DNA of 64,000 nt from Erysipelotrichales bacterium. GTDB lineage: Bacteria; Bacillota_I; Bacilli_A; RFN20; CAG-826. Below, piece after piece: positions 37,356-45,889 of this stretch. Within the stretch, counting starts at the first letter, position 1. Each line of letters opens with the position of its first letter. The position numbers and the translations under genes were made by a program. The notes under the pieces were generated by a model, which worked only from the letters and a program-made list of their open reading frames with translations, was not told the origin of the DNA and did not search any database. The DNA is taken from NCBI GenBank assembly GCA_022508525.1, contig JAFLVA010000007.1, forward strand, positions 18,380 to 82,379, written 5' to 3'.

Positions 37356-38402
37356 GTGATGGTCATGATTAACTTGTACGGAGTTGAATTACATAAATTA
37401 GAAGAGTTGATGATAGGCGAGGAACAAAAAAAATTCCGCGCGACGCAACTTTTTACATGGATTTATGAAAAGAAAGCTACTGGTTTTGATGAAATGACTG
37501 ATATTTCTTTAAAATTTCGTGAAGTTTTAAAAGAAAAGTACTGCTTAATTAAACCAACTATTTACACCAAACAAGTGAGCACTGATGGTACGATTAAGTG
37601 CCTTTTAAATGTTAAAAATGATGATAAAGTTGAAACTGTTATCATGAGATATAATTACGGCAATGTTATCTGCATTTCAAGTCAAGTTGGTTGCAACATG
37701 GCTTGCACTTTTTGCGCTTCTGGTCTTCTTAAAAGAAAACGTAATTTAGATGTAGAAGAAATGGTCGGACAAGTTCTAGTGATGAATGACTTGTTAAGTG
37801 AAGAAAATCAAAGAGTTACACATGTTGTTGTCATGGGAACGGGTGAGCCATTTGACAATTATGAAAATGTTCTTGACTTTGTTCGTATTATGAACCATCC
37901 AAAAGCTTTTGCTATTGGAGCACGTCATATTACAGTTTCTACTTGTGGTATACCAGATAAAATTTTAAGATACGCGAATGAAGGATTACAAATTAACCTT
38001 GCAATATCTCTTCATGCACCAAATGATGAAATAAGGAGTAAAATTATGCCGATTAATCGTGCTTATCCGCTTGATAAATTAATGCCAGCGGTTCGCGAAT
38101 ATGAACGCATTGCAAAAAGAAGAGTAACTTTTGAATATATTTTATTAAAAGATGTCAATGATAGAATGGAGCATGCTGAAGAATTAGCACGCCTTATTAA
38201 AGGCACTTTAGCATATGTTAATTTAATTCCATACAATCCTGTAGATGAACATGGCTACAAACGTTCTAATAACGTTCATGCCTTTCTTGATAAATTAACA
38301 AAACTAGGTGTCACAGCGACAATAAGAAAGGAATTTGGCACTGATATAGATGCTGCGTGCGGACAATTACGTGCTAAACATGTTGAAATTCATGAAAACT
38401 AA
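37356..38402 (+). CDS. rlmN: 23S rRNA/tRNA adenine-C2 methyltransferase (radical SAM)
   Basis: CNMACTFCASG radical-SAM cluster, GTGEPFDNY, and C-terminal CGQL. The start is ambiguous (GTG 37356, ATG 37359 or ATG 37365). Confidence 0.9.
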   Translation: MMVMINLYGVELHKLEELMIGEEQKKFRATQLFTWIYEKKATGFDEMTDISLKFREVLKEKYCLIKPTIYTKQVSTDGTIKCLLNVKNDDKVETVIMRYNYGNVICISSQVGCNMACTFCASGLLKRKRNLDVEEMVGQVLVMNDLLSEENQRVTHVVVMGTGEPFDNYENVLDFVRIMNHPKAFAIGARHITVSTCGIPDKILRYANEGLQINLAISLHAPNDEIRSKIMPINRAYPLDKLMPAVREYERIAKRRVTFEYILLKDVNDRMEHAEELARLIKGTLAYVNLIPYNPVDEHGYKRSNNVHAFLDKLTKLGVTATIRKEFGTDIDAACGQLRAKHVEIHEN

Positions 38403-39147
38403 AAAGGGACAATTTGCATACTATACCGACATTGGTAAAGAACGTGATACCAATGAAGATGTTGCTATTGTCTTAAAGAATAAAAGTAATGATATTTTGA
38501 TGATTGTCTGTGACGGAATGGGAGGCTACACAAAAGGCGATGTAGCAGCTCAAATCGCTCTAAATACTTTGAAAGAAGACTTTGAAAAATATGATAGATT
38601 TTTAAATTCTTTAGAAGTAAGACGTTTTTTAATACGCAATATTAAAAGAGCAAACCAAAAGATTTATAAACTTGCTCATGAGAATAACCTATCAAGCAAG
38701 ATGGGAACAACAATAACTGCTGCGGTAATTCGCAAAAATAGACTCATCGTAGTAAGTATTGGCGATTCTCGTGGCTATATTGTAGAAGACGATATAATAC
38801 GCATAACAGATGATGATTCTTATGTAAATTATCTTTATCGCATGAACAGAATTAGTTTTGAAGAAATGGATACTCATCCGAAAAGACATATTTTAATGAG
38901 TGCTTTAGGATTGACTCCAAATATAAACTTTGATGTTTCATTTTATCGCCATGATAAGAGTCGTGTGTTTATTTGCACAGACGGATTATATACGATGGTA
39001 AGTGAAGAAAAAATGTATAAAATTTTGACTTTGGATAAATCGACAGAAGAAAAATGCCAATTGTTAATTGAAGCCGCAAATGAAAATGGTGGCAAAGATA
39101 ACATTAGCTTGGCATTATGGGAGGTAAATAATCATGAACATAAATGA
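38392..39147 (+). CDS. prpC: PP2C-family Ser/Thr phosphatase
   Basis: NEDVAIV, CDGMGG, SIGDSRGY, CTDGL, GGKDNIS. The ATG at 38392 overlaps the rlmN end. Confidence 0.88.
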   Translation: MKTKKGQFAYYTDIGKERDTNEDVAIVLKNKSNDILMIVCDGMGGYTKGDVAAQIALNTLKEDFEKYDRFLNSLEVRRFLIRNIKRANQKIYKLAHENNLSSKMGTTITAAVIRKNRLIVVSIGDSRGYIVEDDIIRITDDDSYVNYLYRMNRISFEEMDTHPKRHILMSALGLTPNINFDVSFYRHDKSRVFICTDGLYTMVSEEKMYKILTLDKSTEEKCQLLIEAANENGGKDNISLALWEVNNHEHK

Positions 39148-40018
39148 AGTAATAGATGATCGTTATAGAATTGAAAGAAAACTTGGAGAAGGCGGCATGT
39201 CAATTGTCTATGAGGCAACGGATATTATTAGCAAGAAACAAGTGGCAATAAAAATTATTAAAGGCGATATGATGTCTAATGCCACAAATTTATCTCGCTT
39301 TGAACGTGAAGCAAGAGCAGCGGCGTCTTTAAGTCATCCAAATATTGTACGTGTTGTAAGTTTAGGTACTTATGAAGGTCGTCCTTATATGGCAAACGAA
39401 TATGTTAACGGAAAAAATCTTCGCGATGTCTTGGATACAAGAAGTCATTTTACACCGCTTGAAGCATGCGATATTATGTTTCAATTAAGCTCGGCAGTTA
39501 TACATTCTCATGAGCATGGTGTTATTCATCGTGACATTAAGCCACAAAATGTCTATTTAACTGCTGATGGAACAATTAAACTTGGAGATTTTGGTATTGC
39601 TACATTTGAAAATTCCGCTCGTTTGACAAGAAGTGAAACAATTATTGGATCGGCACATTACTTAGCGCCAGAAATATCAAAAGGACAACAGGCCTCTTTT
39701 GCAAGTGATGTATACTCACTTGGTGTAACATTTTTTGAATTAGTTACTGGTAAAGTCCCATTTGATGCAGATACTCCAGTAGGAGTTGCAATTAAACATA
39801 TTAAAGATAAATTTCCGTCACCAAGAAAAATAATTCCTTCAACACCAACAGAAATTGAAAGAATTATTTTAAAGGCTACACGAAAAAATCCTTTGGAAAG
39901 ATATAAAAGTGTTCTTGAAATGCGAAAAGACATCGAACGTATTTTAAGAAATCCAGAAATTATTAAAGAAAAACATTCGTTCTTCTATCGACTATTCCAT
40001 AGAAAAGGCAAAAAATAA
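39134..40018 (+). CDS. prkC: Hanks-type Ser/Thr protein kinase, kinase domain only
   Basis: GEGGMSIVY, AIK, HRDIKPQN, DFGIA, APE. 294 aa with no TM segment or PASTA repeats. Confidence 0.88.
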   Translation: MNINEVIDDRYRIERKLGEGGMSIVYEATDIISKKQVAIKIIKGDMMSNATNLSRFEREARAAASLSHPNIVRVVSLGTYEGRPYMANEYVNGKNLRDVLDTRSHFTPLEACDIMFQLSSAVIHSHEHGVIHRDIKPQNVYLTADGTIKLGDFGIATFENSARLTRSETIIGSAHYLAPEISKGQQASFASDVYSLGVTFFELVTGKVPFDADTPVGVAIKHIKDKFPSPRKIIPSTPTEIERIILKATRKNPLERYKSVLEMRKDIERILRNPEIIKEKHSFFYRLFHRKGKK

Positions 40019-40020
40019 TT

Positions 40021-40884
40021 ATGAATGGCATAGTTCTTTCTTCTCGATATGGTACATATGAAGTTCTGACCGCGTCTAAAACAGTGCTTACTTGTAAGCC
40101 ACGTGGTTTATTTCGTCATAAGCAAATAAAACTTGTAGTAGGTGATCGAGTAACTGTTGATGAAAAAGAAGAAGTCATTATAGAAGTTGAAGAGAGAAAA
40201 AACTATCTGATTCGTCCAAGCATTGCCAATGTTGATGAATTGGCAATTGTAATGTCTGTGAAAGAGCCGGATTTCTCATCGCTTTTAATTGATAAATTCA
40301 TTGCTTACGCTAATTTTTTCAAAATAAAAGCCAATGTGATAATTAGTAAGGTGGACAAGTCTTTCAATGCTCAAATTCTAAAAGATAAAATTGATGCTTT
40401 AGAAAAAGTTGGAGTTCACGTTATTGAATATTCTCAAGTCACCAAAGTTGGTTTAGATGAAATTGAAAAATTATTCAGTAATAAAATTGTTGCTTTAATG
40501 GGACAAACTGGAGTGGGGAAATCAAGCCTTTTAAATTCTTTGGTTCCTAGTAGTAAAAGAGAAATAGGAGAATTTAGTAAATCATTAGGACGAGGAAAAC
40601 ATCAAACCAAAGAAGTTGTACTAATTCCTTATGAAAATGGATTTATTGCAGATACTCCAGGATTTTCATCGCTTGAGCTTCCATTATATAAAGAAGATTT
40701 AGCCCAATGCTTTGTGGGCTTTGAACAGTATTATGATAAATGTAAATTCAGTAATTGCCTTCATATTCATGAAAAAGATTGCGAAGTGAAAAAAGCAGTT
40801 GAAGAAGGGAAAATTGCCAATGATACTTATCAAAATTATTTAAAAATTTCAGAAGAATTGATTTTAAGAAAGGATAGGTTTTGA
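40021..40884 (+). CDS. rsgA: Ribosome small-subunit-dependent GTPase A
   Basis: Circularly permuted GTPase: ISKVD (NKxD-type motif), GQTGVGKSS, DTPGF, and a zinc knuckle CKFSNCLHIHEKDC. Confidence 0.92.
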   Translation: MNGIVLSSRYGTYEVLTASKTVLTCKPRGLFRHKQIKLVVGDRVTVDEKEEVIIEVEERKNYLIRPSIANVDELAIVMSVKEPDFSSLLIDKFIAYANFFKIKANVIISKVDKSFNAQILKDKIDALEKVGVHVIEYSQVTKVGLDEIEKLFSNKIVALMGQTGVGKSSLLNSLVPSSKREIGEFSKSLGRGKHQTKEVVLIPYENGFIADTPGFSSLELPLYKEDLAQCFVGFEQYYDKCKFSNCLHIHEKDCEVKKAVEEGKIANDTYQNYLKISEELILRKDRF

Positions 40885-40886
40885 TT

Positions 40887-41546
40887 ATGAGAAAAATTAT
40901 AGTTTCACCATCATTATTATCGGCAGATTTCACAAATATTCAAAAGGAACTTAATATAATAGAGAAATCAGGGGCTGAATGGCTACATTTTGATGTTATG
41001 GATGGACATTTTGTGCCTAATATTTCTTTTGGTGTACCTGTTTTAAAATCCATTGCTAATAAACATCACATGTTAAATGATGTGCATATTATGATTTCTA
41101 ATCCAATGTTTTATGCACCTAAATTTATTGAAGCAGGAGCGGATTTAGTAACCTTCCATTATGAGGCTGTTAAGAAGGCAGATGTCACACATGTGATTGA
41201 TTTAATAAAGTCAAAAAATTGTAAAGTTGGAATATCCATTAAACCAAGCACTGATGTAAAGAAAATTTATCCGTTTTTAGATAAATTAGATGTTGTTTTG
41301 ATAATGTCTGTGGAACCTGGATTTGGTGGACAAAAATTCTTAGATAGTGCCTTAGATAAAATAGCGAAACTACGTAAAACAATTGATAAAATGCACCTAT
41401 CTACATTAATTGAAGTTGATGGAGGAATTAATTCAGACACAGGAAGAAAATGCGTGAATGCCGGAGCAGATGTTTTAGTGGCAGGATCCTATCTTTTTGG
41501 TCAAAAAGATCTAAAAAAACGTATTAATAATCTAAAGAGGATTTAA
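40887..41546 (+). CDS. rpe: Ribulose-phosphate 3-epimerase
   Basis: PSLLSADF, HFDVMDGHFVPN, VEPGFGGQKF, EVDGGI. Confidence 0.93.
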   Translation: MRKIIVSPSLLSADFTNIQKELNIIEKSGAEWLHFDVMDGHFVPNISFGVPVLKSIANKHHMLNDVHIMISNPMFYAPKFIEAGADLVTFHYEAVKKADVTHVIDLIKSKNCKVGISIKPSTDVKKIYPFLDKLDVVLIMSVEPGFGGQKFLDSALDKIAKLRKTIDKMHLSTLIEVDGGINSDTGRKCVNAGADVLVAGSYLFGQKDLKKRINNLKRI

Positions 41547-41548
41547 TC

Positions 41549-42157
41549 ATGCGTAAGGCTATTGTTGTTACCGACGATACGAAATTTTGTCAACTTGAGC
41601 GATATGATGGATATCCGTTTTTGGTGTTGACAAAAAAATATAACGATATTAAATCTGATAAGCGTTTTGAAGATTTTTTTAAACGCTCAGTTTTAGAAAC
41701 TGTCGATCCTTCTCAATATTTAGATACTGAAAAAAATGATGATCCTATTGAATCCATGGAAAATGTTGTTGAGTTTTTGTATAAAAAAGGATTCGATGAA
41801 ATTGTTATTTTAACGGATATAAAAACAAGCTCTACTGAGTATTTAAGTTATATTCTTTTATTAAAAAAATATCGTCATTTAAAGATATCATTTGAGACAA
41901 TAAATGAGGCTATCCAATATTTTGAGACTGGCACACATATAATACCTAAAGAGACTACAATTTCTATATCGCTAGTGCCATTTACTTCGGCGATTGTCTC
42001 ACTAGATTATATTGTTGATAAAAAGACAAATGTAAAGCTTGATGCTTTCAATAGTGCTTTGAGAGATATAAAATTATTTCAACGTATTGCCTTACTTAAA
42101 GTTGAAAGTGGTGCGGTAATACTAATCCGAAAGTTAGGTGACAAAGATGAAAATTGA
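41549..42157 (+). CDS. Thiamine pyrophosphokinase-like protein with degenerate catalytic motifs
   Basis: It occupies the thiN (yloS) slot of the prpC-prkC-rsgA-rpe-thiN synteny. By hand it is collinear with B. subtilis ThiN as recalled (EKNDDPIESMENVVEFLYKKGFDEIVILTD... / ISLVPFTS... / GAVILIRK), but the GDFDS and DxTD motifs are absent. Confidence 0.5.
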   Translation: MRKAIVVTDDTKFCQLERYDGYPFLVLTKKYNDIKSDKRFEDFFKRSVLETVDPSQYLDTEKNDDPIESMENVVEFLYKKGFDEIVILTDIKTSSTEYLSYILLLKKYRHLKISFETINEAIQYFETGTHIIPKETTISISLVPFTSAIVSLDYIVDKKTNVKLDAFNSALRDIKLFQRIALLKVESGAVILIRKLGDKDEN

Positions 42158-42815
42158 GATTATGATTCCTAGTTTAATTGCGGTTGTAATGATTTTTTCT
42201 ATTTTGTGTTGTGTAGGAAGAAGTAATTATCTTGAATACACAAAAGAGAAATTTGATTTTCGATCTCATTTTCCTTATGAAATGCAAGATAATCAACATT
42301 TTAAATACAATTGGCAAGTAAGGTTTTTATCATTGTTTTTTGCTTTAGCACATTCTCTGTTCGCTGTTAACGCCTTTGATATGAGCAATGCATCTAGTTT
42401 ATCTTTTGTAATTGGTGTAATGATTTTAAACGCTATTGTAATGATGCTTGTTTTTATAGTACCAATGCGTAAGGCGTCACTTCATATGGCGCTTGCTATT
42501 ATACAATTTGGACTAACATTTTTGAGTTATGCCCTTGTATCTAATTATGTGTTTTTCTTTAACACACAAGGATATCCGTTATTTTTAGGCATTGCCTCAA
42601 GCGTGATTGGAGTAGGAATTCTTTTATCGCTAATAAATCCCAAGTTATATCGTTGGATGTATTTAGATAAAGTAGAAGAGAATGGCGAAATAGTTTTAAA
42701 AAGACCAAAAGTAATGATGTTAGCTTTATATGAATGGATTTTTATGTTTTTAACAATATTGTTGGATTTATTAGTTGTTATTGCAACATTTATAATGCTA
42801 AATTCTTTAAAGTAA
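42147..42815 (+). CDS. Polytopic membrane protein, unknown function
   Basis: About 6 hydrophobic helices. The start is ambiguous (GTG 42138 or ATG 42147). Confidence 0.6.
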   Translation: MKIEIMIPSLIAVVMIFSILCCVGRSNYLEYTKEKFDFRSHFPYEMQDNQHFKYNWQVRFLSLFFALAHSLFAVNAFDMSNASSLSFVIGVMILNAIVMMLVFIVPMRKASLHMALAIIQFGLTFLSYALVSNYVFFFNTQGYPLFLGIASSVIGVGILLSLINPKLYRWMYLDKVEENGEIVLKRPKVMMLALYEWIFMFLTILLDLLVVIATFIMLNSLK

Positions 42816-42894
42816 ATTATGGTATCAAAAAATAGAAAAAATATATTTTTATATTTTAATATCATTTATATCAATAATTCCTGATGGAATAAAA

Positions 42895-42930
42895 AAAATA
42901 AAAAACCAAGGCGATTGGCCTTGGTTTTTA
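42895..42930. terminator. Bidirectional intrinsic terminator (rpmB and upstream + gene)
   Basis: A-run, then stem CCAAGGC / GCCTTGG, then T-run. Confidence 0.8.
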
Positions 42931-43122
42931 GTTTTGCTTTGCTGATTTATTAAGGGTTCTATAAGCACGTGCGGACATTCTAACTGTTTGGACACGTCCG
43001 TCAACGACGACCTTATATGGTTGTAAGTTGACATTCCATCTACGCGGAGTTGCTCTTAAGGAGTGAGAGCGTTTATTTCCACTTAAAGGTGCTTTACCTG
43101 TTACTGGGCAAACTCTTGACAT
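42928..43122 (-). CDS. rpmB: 50S ribosomal protein L28
   Basis: MSRVCPVTGKAPLSGNKRSHSLRATPRRWNVNLQ is the L28 signature. Confidence 0.95.
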   Translation of the reverse strand: MSRVCPVTGKAPLSGNKRSHSLRATPRRWNVNLQPYKVVVDGRVQTVRMSARAYRTLNKSAKQN

Positions 43123-43225
43123 TTTTACATACCTCCCTTAATTTTTTGCATTATATACACAATGCTTTTGTATAATAACATATTTTTAGTAGTTAATGCA
43201 ATGACTTTTTGAAAATTTTAATCAA

Positions 43226-43672
43226 CTAAATTTTAACTTTTGGAAATTGAATCAAAACTGACTCACGATCTTTTAATTTTTTGCATCTTTTAAGCATCTC
43301 ATCTAGTAAAACTTGTTTCTTGTCTAAGACAAGATATATGGCGTCTCCGCGATCGGTGACAAAAAGTAAAATTTTATTTTTTCTTGACCAAGCCTCATCA
43401 ATATAGATGATTCTGTTATATTCATATATATATTCTTTGGTTAATTTTTTTTGAGATAAATATTTCTTTTCTAATGTGTAATAACTCAATTTTAAAGTAA
43501 TGAAAAAATATATAGCTGTAATGATAGCCCAACCGGCGATGGCAATGTAGGCTTGTGGAAGTAGAGGCCATTTGAATCTGCCATCAAAAGTAAAATAAAA
43601 CAAAAGCAATATTAGTAATGAGACACCAAAAAACCATAAAAGAGTTTTTGTCTTGCTTGGATATATTTTCAT
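43226..43672 (-). CDS. Membrane protein with bacterial PH-like (YdbS/DUF304-type) topology
   Basis: Two N-terminal TM helices followed by a ~80-aa soluble domain. The start is ATG 43672 or 43681. Confidence 0.5.
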   Translation of the reverse strand: MKIYPSKTKTLLWFFGVSLLILLLFYFTFDGRFKWPLLPQAYIAIAGWAIITAIYFFITLKLSYYTLEKKYLSQKKLTKEYIYEYNRIIYIDEAWSRKNKILLFVTDRGDAIYLVLDKKQVLLDEMLKRCKKLKDRESVLIQFPKVKI

Positions 43673-43749
43673 AATAATCACCTAAAAAATATTATAACAT
43701 AATCTTAAATATCACTCAAAAAAAATAAGCAAAAAATCCCTTGAAATGT

Positions 43750-43770
43750 TTTGTAAATTATATTTACAAA
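43750..43770. promoter_or_regulatory. Perfect palindrome, candidate operator
   Basis: TTTGTAAAT-TAT-ATTTACAAA (9-bp arms, 3-nt spacer). Confidence 0.5.
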
Positions 43771-43792
43771 GCGTTTTTGAATATGCTAAAAT
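43763..43792 (+). promoter_or_regulatory. Candidate extended -10 promoter of the SMC-like operon
   Basis: TTTACA (43763-43768), 18-nt spacer ending in TGC, TAAAAT (43787-43792). RBS AGGAGG lies at 43805-43810. Confidence 0.5.
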
Positions 43793-43817
43793 TAAGTTGA
43801 AATTAGGAGGAGAAAAT

Positions 43818-45260
43818 ATGCGTTTATTTGATGTAATTCCGAGTAACTTTTTCTCAATCCTATCTTCTAAAAACAAAGAAGTTTACGCGATGACTTTAAG
43901 CGTTCTCTATAAAAGTTTAGAAACTGAAGAGATGTCTATTAAAAAAGCGGATTTTTTGCGTGTGTTAAAAGAAACCGCTACAGATCTAGTAATGAGTCTT
44001 GATTTAAATGATGAAGACGCTGATGATGATGCTTTAAATAATCCTACGCTTCCAAGTAAAGTGGCCTTTATTTTAAGAAGGTTAGAAGAAACAGGTTGGA
44101 TTGATATACAAATTGATAACGAGACTTTTGAAGAAAATATTATTCTTCCATCGTATTCAATAAAAGTTTTAGCAACTTTAAAAGAAATAAGTGCTGAACA
44201 AGAAGCAGCTTATAATTCTTTGGTTCATTCTACATATAGTGAATTGAAACTTGAAGATGATGAGCCAGATGATTTAATGTATGTTACCTTGCTTCGTGCT
44301 TATGAAAATACAAAAAAGTTGAGAATTGAATTAGTCACTCTAGGACATCAAATAAAGATTTACCAACATCGTTTATCAAATTTATTTACAACTAATGATG
44401 TATTGGCTAATCACTTTGATGATTATAAAGTAAGAATATCAGATAGACTTTATCATCCTTTGAAAACTTTCGATTCCGTCACTCGTTTTAAAAGGCCAAT
44501 TATGGCAATTTTACAGAAGTGGCTTCGTGATGATAAGATTCGTTCAATGTTAGTAGAACAATCTTTGCTTTGGCGAAAAGATCGTGATCATAGCAATGCT
44601 GAAGCTGATTTAATCAATAAAATCAACTTCATTCAAGATATGTATGAACAGTTGAATACAATGATTAATGAAATTGACCAAAGCCATAGTGAATATACAA
44701 AATCCAGTGCATCGAAAATTATTTATTTCAACAATAACGACAAGACTATTAAAGGTCATTTAGAAACAATTTTTAAAGCTTATGCGAAGGCTAATGCTGA
44801 TATGAATGCTGGTAAAGGCTATAAGGATTTAAGATACATTTTATCTTCAATGCAAGAGTCTCTTTTATTCCATGAACAAGGATATATCGATCCAGATTCT
44901 ATAACGCTTCCAATTGTTAGACAATATCGTGAGATTGGTGAGCCATTACCGATTGTTAATAACTTTGAAGAAGCTGGCGATTTAATCATGCAAAACTTCC
45001 TTGATCAAACTCGAAACATCTTTACTGATGCTCGTGTAATGGAATTTATGGAAAGAGCTTTTGGAGATTCTAACATATTAGATGTTGAAGAGATTCCACT
45101 TCTTGATTATGATGCCTTCATCTTATTGATTCTTGCAACTTTGAAACGTAATGATGAAGATTGTTTCTATGAAGTCGATTATGACAATAATGAACACATT
45201 ATATCCCAAGGATATGTTTTACCTAAACTTGTATTTAAACGAAAGGAGAAAGCACAATAA
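43818..45260 (+). CDS. Putative kleisin-like subunit (MukF/MksF/JetA position) of an SMC-like complex
   Basis: 480 aa starting at the ATG after AGGAGG (the track ORF starts earlier, at 43746). The stop overlaps the next start (TAATG). The size and first position match MksF/JetA. I recognise no sequence motif, so the call is contextual. Confidence 0.5.
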   Translation: MRLFDVIPSNFFSILSSKNKEVYAMTLSVLYKSLETEEMSIKKADFLRVLKETATDLVMSLDLNDEDADDDALNNPTLPSKVAFILRRLEETGWIDIQIDNETFEENIILPSYSIKVLATLKEISAEQEAAYNSLVHSTYSELKLEDDEPDDLMYVTLLRAYENTKKLRIELVTLGHQIKIYQHRLSNLFTTNDVLANHFDDYKVRISDRLYHPLKTFDSVTRFKRPIMAILQKWLRDDKIRSMLVEQSLLWRKDRDHSNAEADLINKINFIQDMYEQLNTMINEIDQSHSEYTKSSASKIIYFNNNDKTIKGHLETIFKAYAKANADMNAGKGYKDLRYILSSMQESLLFHEQGYIDPDSITLPIVRQYREIGEPLPIVNNFEEAGDLIMQNFLDQTRNIFTDARVMEFMERAFGDSNILDVEEIPLLDYDAFILLILATLKRNDEDCFYEVDYDNNEHIISQGYVLPKLVFKRKEKAQ

Positions 45261-45889
45261 TGTTTGAAACAGAATTTGAAAAACTTACTAATGCTGAGCA
45301 AAACGAATTTGCAAGAGTTGTTAATACTCTAATGCTTCGTTCCTTTATCGTTAGAGATGTTTTTGATAGTAAAGAAAAAGCTATGAGAATCAATAGTGAC
45401 TATCGTTTTATTGAACGTCACTTTGATTTAATTAATGACTATTTAAAATACACTAATTGGATTATGGAAAAAGATGTATTAAATGGAGTTGTCGCTCTAT
45501 TTAATATGAATGAACAAAACAGATTAAGAATTGACCGTGAGACTTCACTTTTACTCTTCGTTTTAAGATTAATTTATGAAACAGAGAAAAATGAATCTAG
45601 CCAAACAGGTGAATCAATCTATATCACAACCCCAACACTTATTAAGACAATGATTGATCATGGTATAACGATGGCTGGTAAAAGAATGAGTGGAAGACTC
45701 TTTGCTAAGTCCTTAAGATTTTTAGCTAATCATAATATTATCGCCAAAGTTAGTGGTTCCTATGATGAGGGTAACGTAGCCTTCTATATTTTACCAAGTA
45801 TTATCTTTGCAGTTGATAATCAAAAGATTAAGGCAATGTCTGAGGCTTTGGAACAAATGAAAGTAGGTGGCGAAGATGAAGACGCTTAG
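45260..45889 (+). CDS. Putative KITE subunit (MukE/MksE/JetB, DUF4194-like)
   Basis: 209 aa, a size compatible with two winged-helix domains. The pattern FIERHFDLINDYLKYTNWIMEKDVLNGVVALFN resembles DUF4194 as I recall it. It is translationally coupled on both sides. Confidence 0.55.
   Translation: MFETEFEKLTNAEQNEFARVVNTLMLRSFIVRDVFDSKEKAMRINSDYRFIERHFDLINDYLKYTNWIMEKDVLNGVVALFNMNEQNRLRIDRETSLLLFVLRLIYETEKNESSQTGESIYITTPTLIKTMIDHGITMAGKRMSGRLFAKSLRFLANHNIIAKVSGSYDEGNVAFYILPSIIFAVDNQKIKAMSEALEQMKVGGEDEDA

Noticed and set aside
40882-42157. Possibility that the organism uses genetic code 4 (TGA = Trp), as in many Mollicutes.
   Set aside because: TGA terminates well-conserved genes at the expected length (rsgA at 40882-40884 and the thiN-like gene at 42155-42157). 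Trp is encoded by TGG throughout, so the standard code 11 fits.
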